From the human T2T-CHM13v2.0 reference genome, Homo sapiens, in assembly GCF_009914755.1 (NCBI RefSeq), contig NC_060937.1: 64,000 nucleotides of DNA; one strand, given 5' to 3'. This document shows, piece after piece, positions 54,664 through 64,000 of this stretch; within the stretch, counting starts at the first letter, position 1, and each line of letters opens with the position of its first letter. A model generated the notes under the pieces. It did not search any database. It was not told the DNA's origin and worked only from the letters and a program-made list of their open reading frames with translations. The position numbers and the translations under genes are program-made.

Positions 54664-57271
54664 AAAATAATGTGGCTATTATACTTCCCAGTCCTAGAAA
54701 ATATGCTATCAGATCCTATGAGAGGTATTAAACCTTGGTTCACAGTTCTTTGGAAAAATAAAGAGAGTTATTGTCTATAAGCTACTAGCTTAGGATGAAG
54801 AAAATAATGTGTTCTTAATAGATTATTCTGAATCTTATTTGATTCTTACATATGAGTGGGATTAGGGAAATCATCTGTGATTATACTTTCAGAAGAAATC
54901 TGTCTTAAATTCATGAAAATTAAAGTTGCTTTCTGACACTACAGTGAGAACATTTGGCATGCTTTACCCTTGTGCAGAGAGATTTAAGTATGTTTGACCA
55001 CACGGTTCTTATTAAAATTCAGCACTAGGTTGTTAGCATTCTGTTCTTTTACAACAGAGCTAGTATATAATGAAAAGAAATATGAGGAAGCTGAGGTATC
55101 TCTTCTACACACTTTTTCATGTTTTTATTCTTTTTTTTTTCATTCTTTCTTTTCTTTTTCCCCCAAGAGAAGTGATTTCTTGTCCCCTCTATTTGGGTTG
55201 CCAGTTCTTTTCTGATTCCTTTTCAGAAAAATGAATACTGTGTCAGTGTGAGGTGCATATGAATTGAACCCTAAAACGAAGAGTTATTATTAACATTCAA
55301 TTGTTAAAATTTTGCATTATATTTAATTGGGAGGTAAAGGGGATATTTAGACTTTGGCTCATATCCATGGTTGATTTTTAAAAAACTTAATGCTCTAACA
55401 TTCTATACATTTCTTCAGGAATAAAAATGTGCATGTTTTGAAAAACAAGAAAAGAGCAACCTTCTAGATTTTCCCATTGAAAATAATCATCATGAGTTGC
55501 CTTGAATATGTAACACTAAATTAAAGTGAAAATCACATAAATGTAATCACATAGTGTTTTAATTTAAGAAAAGATATATATCTATGAAAGGATGGTAAAA
55601 TTTTCTGTTTTCACTAATAATGCTGTTTTGAACGTTAAAAAGTAGGAACTTACTTAGCAAAGAAGACAAAAATCACAGAAGAAGGAAAATGCTGAAATGT
55701 CCTCATTTATCACCTGTGAGGGTAAGGTGTATCCTACTGTTATTAAATGTTTAATGTAGCTGTTGGCAGGTGTGTATAATGAGCTGTTTAAAGTCTGGGA
55801 GACTGCTCGCATATCTATTTCTCATTTGCCTATTGCAAAATGTTGAAATCATCCCTACTCTCTTGAAAATTCATTATAGTATTATTTTATTTTAGTTAAG
55901 ATTGTTCATGGCATACAGTGGTTTTAAGATTTGTTCAATTTTATTTGCTTTGCATAAAGTGGACATTTTCCTTTGTAAGGGAAAGTAGAACTCAGCCTCT
56001 GGGAGATTTTACTGGATATAAGAAGAGTTTGATTATTAAAGGTCAAGTGCATTGGAGAGTACTGCTTATTTGATAAAACTTTGTAGAGCTTATTTAAGTC
56101 TAAGAATTCCCTTTAATGAAGTTATCTGCTGTGTGGTATTTCATTAAATTAATTCATTTTATTTTTGGCCATCTTTAGACAAACACTTTGATTTAATTTC
56201 TTCAAATGAGTGCTGTTCTAACAATTTGACTGGTACTCAAATAAAATTAATTAAATAAATGGGAATTTAAAATGTGGAAAAATTTTAATATGTAAACATT
56301 GAAAGCAGTAAAATATCTTGTAGACATATGTTGTAGATTACAGATTCTTAAACTCTAGCATGTATAAGTATAAACATTGTAGATTGTTTTAAAAAATGTC
56401 AAGACATCACTCCAGAAGGTTTTTATTCATGAGAGTCAATAAAACATGCCTTCCTATAAAGCACTCCATGTGATTCTGATGCAAATGGTAAACCAACTGA
56501 ACAGGGAAGTACACCTGGATAAATAGTCATAAGGAACTCATACAGAATATTAAGTACATATCTAAAACACCTCTGCAGAAAAACAGGGAGCAAAGTATTT
56601 GCATAAACTTGTACTGAGTACTAGGGTAGTTTTGAGGAAGACACATATCTCCTTTCTCAGAAATACTTATTTATTTGACAGTGTTATAACACTGATGTTA
56701 CTTTCCCAAATACTTATTACTAGAAGAGGAAAAAAATTAAACATATTGCTTGTCCTTTAAAGTTAATATAAGAACAGAATACATTGGTATTAAAGCATAG
56801 ATACTAAATTAAGTATTGATTAATATTATTTCTACTGACATATTCTATATTGAAGATGCATAATAATCTCCGGCAGCAATTGTTAGACATGTATAGTCTC
56901 GGGTCCCACATTTAAAACTTGTAATCTAGTAACTCGGATCAGACAAGGGAATTTCATTTTGTAATACCATCCTATAATATGGTTTTGATCCAGTTGATTT
57001 TTGCACCACATTCTGAGAACACTGTTCAGAGTAATAAGATTGCAAATGAGAAAATTATTCAGAATATACAATTAGATGAAATTTCACCAGAATAACATTG
57101 GGACTATGTCCAAATAAAGTAGTAAGTCATTTGTTTTTCTCATTAAGACACTCAAAATTACTTTGCTTGTTCTATTAGAAAAAAAAATATGTTTACTTCT
57201 CAGATATCTTCAAAAGAGTATTCAATAATTATCATACAAAATTTTCAAATCAAAATATTAGACTAAAATTT

Positions 57272-58104
57272 CTTTATTTTACTTTAAGTTCTGGGATACA
57301 CGTACTGAATGTGCAGGTTTGTTACATAGGTATACATGTGTCATGATGGTTTGCTGCACCTATCCACCCGTCATCTAAGTTGTAAGTCCCACATGCATTA
57401 GGTATTTGTCCTAATGCTCGCCCTCCTTTTTCCCCCCACACCCCGACAGGCCCGAGTATGTGATGTTCCCCTCCCTGTGTCCATGTGTTCTCACTGTTCA
57501 GCTGCGTGTGAGTGAGAACATGTGGCGTTTGGCTTTCTGAGTTTGCTGAGAATGATGGTTTCCAGCTTCATCTATGTCCCTGCAAAGGATATGAATGCAT
57601 TCTTTTTTACGGCTGCATAGTATTCCATTGTGTATATGTGCCACATTTTCTTTATCCAGTCTATCATTGATGGGCATTTGGGTTGGTTCCAAGTCTTTGC
57701 TATTGTAAATAGTGCTGCAATAAGCATACGTGTGCATTTATCTTTATGGTAGAATGATTTATAATCCTTTGAGAATATACTCAGTAATGGGCCTTCTGGG
57801 TCAAATGATATTTCTGGTTCTATATCCTTGAGGAATTGCCACACGGTTGTCCCCAAAGGTCGAACTAATTTACAATCCCACCAGTAGTGTAAAAGCCTTC
57901 CCATTTCTCCACATCCTCACCAGCGTCTGTTGTTTCCACACATTTTAATAATCACCATTCTAACTTGCGTGAGATGGTATCTCATTGTGGTTTTGTGCAT
58001 TTCTCTAATGTCTAGTGATGATGAGCTTTTTTTCATGTTTGTTGTCCACATAAATGTCTTCTTTTGGAAGTGTCTGTTCTTATACTTTGCCCACTTTTTA
58101 TGGG
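57272..58104 (-). mobile_element. 5'-truncated L1PA8-like element
   Basis: Antisense 3'UTR (catgcattaggtatttgtcctaatgc) and ORF2 C-terminal translation (ORF 57572-57904). TSD agactaaaattt 57260-57271 / agattaaaattt 58106-58117. Confidence 0.93.
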
Positions 58105-59109
58105 AAGATTAAAATTTACATTGCTTTTAGTAAGGCTTCAGGAAAAATGTGAATGAAATACGAAAGAAAGAGAGTTGAGCCCAGTTAGAAATAACATACC
58201 ATATATAGTCTGTTAATTTTGTTTATTTCAAGTAATACAAACTCAATTGATATATTTGAACAAAGAGGAAGTTTACCATAACTCAACAAGATATCTGACA
58301 CAACGCAAGCGATAAGAGAAAACAGGCCCCACTAGGGTATCAGCTTTTATGCTACAAATTTCTCACTTTATCTTTGGAACCACAGAATCTCACATCCTAT
58401 CAGTTTCCATATTCACTTCTTTGCTTTTCTCTTCTTCAAAATAAGCTTTTCCTGCCTCTTCACTTGAATGAAGTCAAAAGTATCCATTTGCAGTTCCTGT
58501 ATTGTTAGTTATTTTCTTCCTTCAATTTTTATGCTCTAAAGAATGAGTTTTATAGAAAACATATTTTAAAATATATATTTTAGCTTATATTTTGACACTA
58601 TTTAAGGCAAATATTTCCACAATCCTCCATGTAGGATTTTCAACATTTATTTATTCAAGGAACATTTACTTAGAATCAGCAATGTGCTTGATAGATATCA
58701 TAAATTTTGACCAAAAAATGACATGACAACTAGCAGTCAAAAAGATAGAATCAAGTAGGAAGAGAGGAAAGCAACTAAATTACATATGGTAAGTTACATA
58801 ATATGAGAACATGCATCTTAACTTTCTTATGCAATGAAATAAGAAATCACAAAGAAGGCCATGTTGGAAAAGTTGGAAGGATCAGTATGTCCTTTTCAGA
58901 TGGACAAAGGAAAAGGATATCTGATGTAGAGGGGAGAGAAGATACAAAGGCAAGTGCATTTGAAGCAGCATTACTGGTGAGGGGAAAGAGAAGTTATTCA
59001 TTAAGGAAAACGCATGAGGTGCAAGTTAAAAAACTGAAAAGAAATTGCTTAGATAAAAAGTCAAAAGATAGGTCATAAATCCATTAGATAAGTTAGTAGA
59101 TAATGAAAA

Positions 59110-59330
59110 TCATACATGCTAGTCAACATCTTTTGTTTTCACATCTAGCATCCAATTATTTTTTACTAATGTACCACAGTTTTCCTCAAGATAATTCATT
59201 CTCACATTCTTAAAGATTGGGTGAATATTCTTTGTATCCAGGCTCAAGTGCGTGACTCAATTTTGGCCAATCAGAGCAAAATATTTGATGATCACAGTGA
59301 CTTTTTCAGAGGTTGGAGCATGAAGTACTA
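59110..59330 (+). mobile_element. Ancient LTR16-like fragment
   Basis: gtgcgtgactcaattttggccaatcagagc...cacagtgactttttcagaggttggagcatga. Confidence 0.4.
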
Positions 59331-59859
59331 CAGACAAATTATATTTAGAGTTTTCCTTTGTTTGCTTTTTCCTGTCACTGTTGGGAGTGAGATTGGTCAT
59401 TCCATTACCAATATTCTGTCACATTTAGAAAATGCCAAATTTCCTAGGAAATGATGATAATTTTAGTAAAAACTAAGCAATATGTGCCAAAAGTAGTGAT
59501 AATTCCTCTCTGGAGAACAATAACGTGACCATAGTCCAAAAAAAGATTCCCACAAAAAATTATACAAATAAAATGCCTGTGACACAGTCAAAAATAACCG
59601 CTTATATGGTAAGCCAACAAAGTCTGTTTGAAAAATAGCAAGGCATAAAAATAGAAGGCTAGTAAAAGAGACTCATGAAGAATCAAGATGTTAAACTATC
59701 ACAAATTTTAAATTAATTATGCTGTCAATAATCAAAGGGGTTTAAAAAATTGAGAATTTTGGCAGAGAACAGTACATCACAAGGTGAAAAAACCATAAAA
59801 ATTCTAGAATTCAAAAATAAAACAACCAGGAAACTTCAGTCTTGTCAGTTGCTTTTTTT

Positions 59860-60070
59860 GTGTTAATTTAAATGATCACGTTGATTTTACTTTTTTAGTT
59901 TACAAATATAATAAGGAGAATTGATTGATTTTCAAATTCATCTTTGAATACCAACCCCGTATCCCTGGGATAAATCCCAGTTGGTTGTGATATATTATTC
60001 TTGTTTATTATTGAATTCAATTTTCTAATATTGTGTTTAAAAATTATGTATCCATGTTTATAAAGGATAT
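59860..60070 (-). mobile_element. Old L1M ORF2 fragment
   Basis: tccctgggataaatcccagttggttgtgatatattatt...tatccatgtttataaaggatatt. Confidence 0.7.
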
Positions 60071-60380
60071 TATAATGTCTTTGTACATATTTGGTACAAA
60101 TATATACCATCATATGAATAAAACTTACAAATACTAGGCCAAGAAAACCAACATATTAGGAATATAAAATGTACAATTCCATTTACATAAGGTTAAAATT
60201 AACAATAAAAGAAAATTATATTATGGAAAATCAAAGTTAAAAAAAGCAGCAGAGTGATAAGCATAAATGTCAAGATAGTTGCTACTTAAAAGGAAAAAAG
60301 GTTGTAAGGAGGAATAGTGATTAGGATAGTGATTAGGGGCTAAAGAGGACGATGGGAGCTGGAAGGGTTTCATTCTATTT

Positions 60381-62580
60381 TTTATTTATCTTTTATTTTA
60401 AGTTCTGGGATAGGTGTGCAGATTTGTGGCACAGGTAAACTTGTGTTATGGGGGTTCATTGTACAGGTTATTTCATCACCCAGTTGTTAAACTTGGTATC
60501 CATTAGTTATTTTTCTTGATCCTCTCACTTCTCCCACCCTCCACCATCTGATAGGCCCCAGTGTCTGTTGTTCCTCTCTATGTGTCCATGTGTTTTCATC
60601 ATTTAGTGCCCATGTGTAAATGAGAATATACAGGATTTGGTTTTCTATTTCTGCTTTAATTTGCTAAGGATAGCTTCCATGTGTAAATGAAAATATACAG
60701 GATTTGGTTTTCTATTTCTGCTTTAATTTCCTAAGGATAATGACCTAGAGTTCCATCTACGTTCCTGCAAAGGACAATATCTTGTTCTTTTTTATGGCTG
60801 CATGGTATTCCATGGTAATGAATATGTACCACATTTTCTTTATCCAATCTGATATTGATGGGCATTTAGATTGGTTCCATGTGTTTGCTATAAGAACAGT
60901 GTTGCAATGAACATAGGCATGTACGTGTCTTTATGATAGAATGACTTATATTCCTTTGGGTGTATACCCAGTAATGAGATTATTGGGTTGAAGGATAGTT
61001 CTGTCTTTAGGTCTTTGAGAATTGCCCACTGTTTCCCACAATGGTTGAGCTAATTTACACTCCAATGGGAGAAATATAAAATAGTGTATAAGCATTCCTG
61101 TTTCTCCACAACTTCACCAGCACCTGTTTATTGACTTTTTAATAATAGCCATTCTGATCAATGTGAAATGGTATCTCATTGTGATTTTTATTTGCATTTC
61201 TCTAATGATCAGTGATATTGGACCTTTTTCACATGATTGTTGGCCACATGTATGTCTTCTTTTGAAAAGTGTCTGTTCATGTATTTTGCCTATTTTTTAA
61301 TAGGGCTGTTTGGTTTTTTTTCTTGGAAATTTGTTTAAGTTCCTTTTAGATGCTAATATTAGACCTTTGTTAGATGCATAGTTTGCAAAGATTTTCTCCC
61401 ATTCTGTAGATTGATAGTTTCTTTTGTTGTGTAAAAGCCCTTTAGTTTAAATTAAATCCCATTTTTCAATGGGTGTTTTTGTTGTGATTGCTGTTAGCAT
61501 CTTTCTTATGAAGTCTTTGTCAGTTCCTACATCCTAAATGGTATTGCCTAAGTTGTCTTTTGGAGTTTTTAAATTTTGGGGTTTTACAATTAAGTCTGTA
61601 ATCTACCTTGAGTTGATTTTGTAATATAGCATATGGTAGAGGTCTAGTTTCAGGCTTCTGCATATGACAAGCTAGTTATCCCAGCACCATTTGTTGAATA
61701 GGGTGTCATTTTCCCATTGCTTGTTTTTGTCAGCTTTGTCAAAGATCAGATGGCTGTAGGTATGTGGCCTTATTCCTAGGCTCTCTATTCTGTTCCATCG
61801 GCCTTTGTGTCTGTTTCCGTGCCATTATCATGCTGTTTGGGTTATTGCAGTTCTGTAGTATAGTTTGAAGTCAGGTAGCATGATGCCTCCAGCTTTGTTC
61901 TTTTTGCTTAGCATTGCCTTGACTATTCAGGCTCTTTTTTTGTTCCATGTGAATTTTAAAATAGTTTTTTTCTAGTTCTGGGTATTACACCATTGGTAGT
62001 TTCATAGGAATGGCATTTAATCTATAAATTGCTTTGGTGAGTATGGTCATTTTTACAATATTTATTCTTCCTATCCATGAGCATGGAATGTTTTTTATTT
62101 CTTTGTGACATCTACAATTTCTTTGAGCAGTGTTTTGTAGTTCTCCTTGTAGAAATCTTTCACCTCACTAGTTAGCTTTATTCCTAGGTATTTCATTCTT
62201 TTTGTGGCAATTGTGAGTGGGAGTTCTTTCCTTATTTGGCTCCCAGCTTGACTGTTGTTGGTGTATAGGCATGTTAGTGATTTTTGGATGTTGATTTTGT
62301 ATCTTGAGACTTTGCTGAAGTTGTTTATCAGCTGAAAGAGCTTTTGGGCTGAGACTATGGGGTTTTCTAGATATATGATGATGTCATCTGCAAACAGGGA
62401 TAGTTAGACTTCCTCTTTTCCTGTTTGGATGCCCTTTATTTTTTTTTCTCTTGCCTGATTGCTCTGGCTAGGACTTCAATTACTATGTTGAATAGAAGTG
62501 GTAAAAGAGGGCATCCTTGTCTTGTGCCAATTTTCAAAAAGAATCTTACTGGCTTTTGCCCATTCAAGAGCCATCTATGA
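60381..62580 (-). mobile_element. L1PA12/13-like, 2.2 kb, 5'-truncated with a ~15-bp terminal inversion
   Basis: Antisense 3'UTR and ORF2. TSD cattctattt at 60371-60380 / 62581-62590; sense-strand aagagccatctatga at 62566-62580. Confidence 0.92.
60604..60737. repeat. 67-bp tandem duplication inside the L1 3'UTR
   Basis: ccatgtgtaaatga(g/a)aatatacaggatttggttttctatttctgctttaattt(g/c)ctaaggata x2. Confidence 0.92.
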
Positions 62581-62919
62581 CATTCTATTTCTTAAATGGT
62601 GTGTTGATACAGATGTGTTCATTTTGTGAGAAACTGCTGAGCAGGGCTTTGGTTTTCTGGGGATGAGGAGGTACATTTTGGTATGTGCATTATTTCTTAT
62701 TTTAACAATAAATGATTTAATAATCTTAAATTACCTTTGTAAATTAAAAAAAAGCATTGCCAAGCTATACAATTCTATTTTTCAAATTAGAGTGTACTCA
62801 ATCTTGGTCTTGAAGTTCAAAGTTCAGATTTAAACCCTAAAGTTGTGATCCACAGTCATTTTTACAAGTTACTTTCATCTCTCAGAGTATTGTTTTTATC
62901 TTTAAGATAAAAAGAAAAG

Positions 62920-63242
62920 TTTTGTTTTGTTTTGTTTTGTTTTTGTTTGTTTGTTTGTTTTTTTTTTGAAACAGAATCTCCCTCTGTTTCCCGGGCTGGA
63001 GGGCAATGTGGTCATCATGGCTCACTGCAGCCTCCCAGGATCAAGCACTCCTCCTGCCTCAGCCTTCCAAGTAGCTGAAACTACAGGCATGTGCCCCCAC
63101 ATCTGGCTAATTTTTGTATTTTTATGGAAACTGGGTGCCCCTATGTTGCCCAGGCTGGTCTCAGACTCCTGGACTCATGCAATCCTCCTGCCTCAGCCTC
63201 CAAAACTTCTGGGATTACAGGTGTGAGCCACTGCACCCGGCC
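62920..63242 (-). mobile_element. AluJ, full length, probably inserted in a MIR
   Basis: (GTTTT)n/(GTTT)n tail, J-type tcatggctcactgcagcctc and ctatgttgcccaggctgg. MIR-like flanks (caagttactttcatctctcagag; gttgttatgaagattacatgaagtaatgt). Confidence 0.92.
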
Positions 63243-63329
63243 TAATGAAAACTTTTTAACAAGAAAAAAAAAACACATATCTCAGAAGTTGTTATGAAGA
63301 TTACATGAAGTAATGTTGATTTCAGCTCA

Positions 63330-63900
63330 GAAATACACATGCCCAGGCCAGTCTCTTCTGCCCTGTTTCATTGCTAAAGCCTGTGGTCAAGGCACCATCA
63401 CTTTATAAAATAATGAGTCCAACATCTGGATTCCTATGCTTAAATTTTATTCTCAAATTTAGTTTTCTTTCTATAAAATAAATTAATAATACCATAACCC
63501 TCATTTAGCATTTTGTTTGGCACCCCTTCACTATAGGATAAAGTTCATTTTTCTTTTCATGGCAAAGAAGGCTAGTTTCTAATTCTAGACTTCGCTCTCT
63601 CCAGTCTCAGTTTCCACAAATCTGCATCATGAAATCTATTTTTCTATCACAGAAACTTAGAATTCCTCATGTTGCTTTTTATTCCCTACCTTTGAACAAC
63701 ACAATCTCTGTGGCTGAAATGCTCCCTCCCATCTTTACTGTCTGACAAATGCCTATTCATCCTTCTAGATGCAGCTAAAATCCTCCTCTTCTATGAAATC
63801 TTATGGGTTTCCCCTGACATAGTCAATATGTCTAAGTTCTGGGCTCCTCTTAATACTTCATCTTCATAATGCATTAGTCTGGACCTATATTGTTTGCTAG
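63330..63900 (+). mobile_element. L2 fragment
   Basis: tctctgtggctgaaatgctccctcccatc...aatgcctattcatccttctagatgcagctaaaatcctcctcttctatgaaatctt. Confidence 0.65.
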
Positions 63901-64000
63901 CCAAGCTTTACAACTTTGCTGGCATTTCCATAGAAGTTATTACTTTTTTGTCTCTGATAAGTTCAAGAAAAAAATAAAGAAGGAGAGATAAGGACCAGCA

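Larger units (their letters stand above)
60100..62720 (+). mobile_element. L1ME-like 3'UTR fragment split by the L1PA at 60381-62580
   Basis: aattccatttacataagg...caagatagttgctactt upstream resumes as cattctatttctt...gatacagatgtgttcattttgtgagaa downstream. Confidence 0.6.

Noticed and set aside
57498-58112. ORFs of 60-110 aa
   Set aside because: They are translations of a decayed L1PA8-like ORF2 end and 3'UTR.

Overview
This is AT-rich, CpG-poor primate genomic DNA. AluY and a young L1PA copy point to human or another ape, but the species cannot be fixed from the sequence. I find no protein-coding exon, RNA gene or CpG island. The supplied ORFs are translations of Alu, L1 or LTR sequence, or short chance ORFs. 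The window is intergenic or deep intronic DNA built from interspersed repeats: 7 Alu/FLAM copies, five primate L1PA 3' ends with target-site duplications (TSDs), older L1M, L2, MIR and CR1 fragments, solo LTRs (LTR1, MER11, MSTA, MLT1, MER34-like, one unassigned) and DNA transposons (Tigger3b, MER58, MADE1). I see no new biological system. The most notable structures are: (1) three independent L1 insertions of different ages with twin-priming 5' inversions of about 130, 270 and only about 15 bp; (2) a non-TE ~121-bp direct repeat bracketing a ~594-bp MLT1-containing segment, resembling an insertion with a giant TSD; (3) several nested TE stacks with readable TSDs; (4) weak candidates for non-coding exons, a minus-strand poly(A) site and an enhancer-like motif cluster. 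Subfamily names come from recalled consensus sequences and need RepeatMasker/Dfam confirmation.
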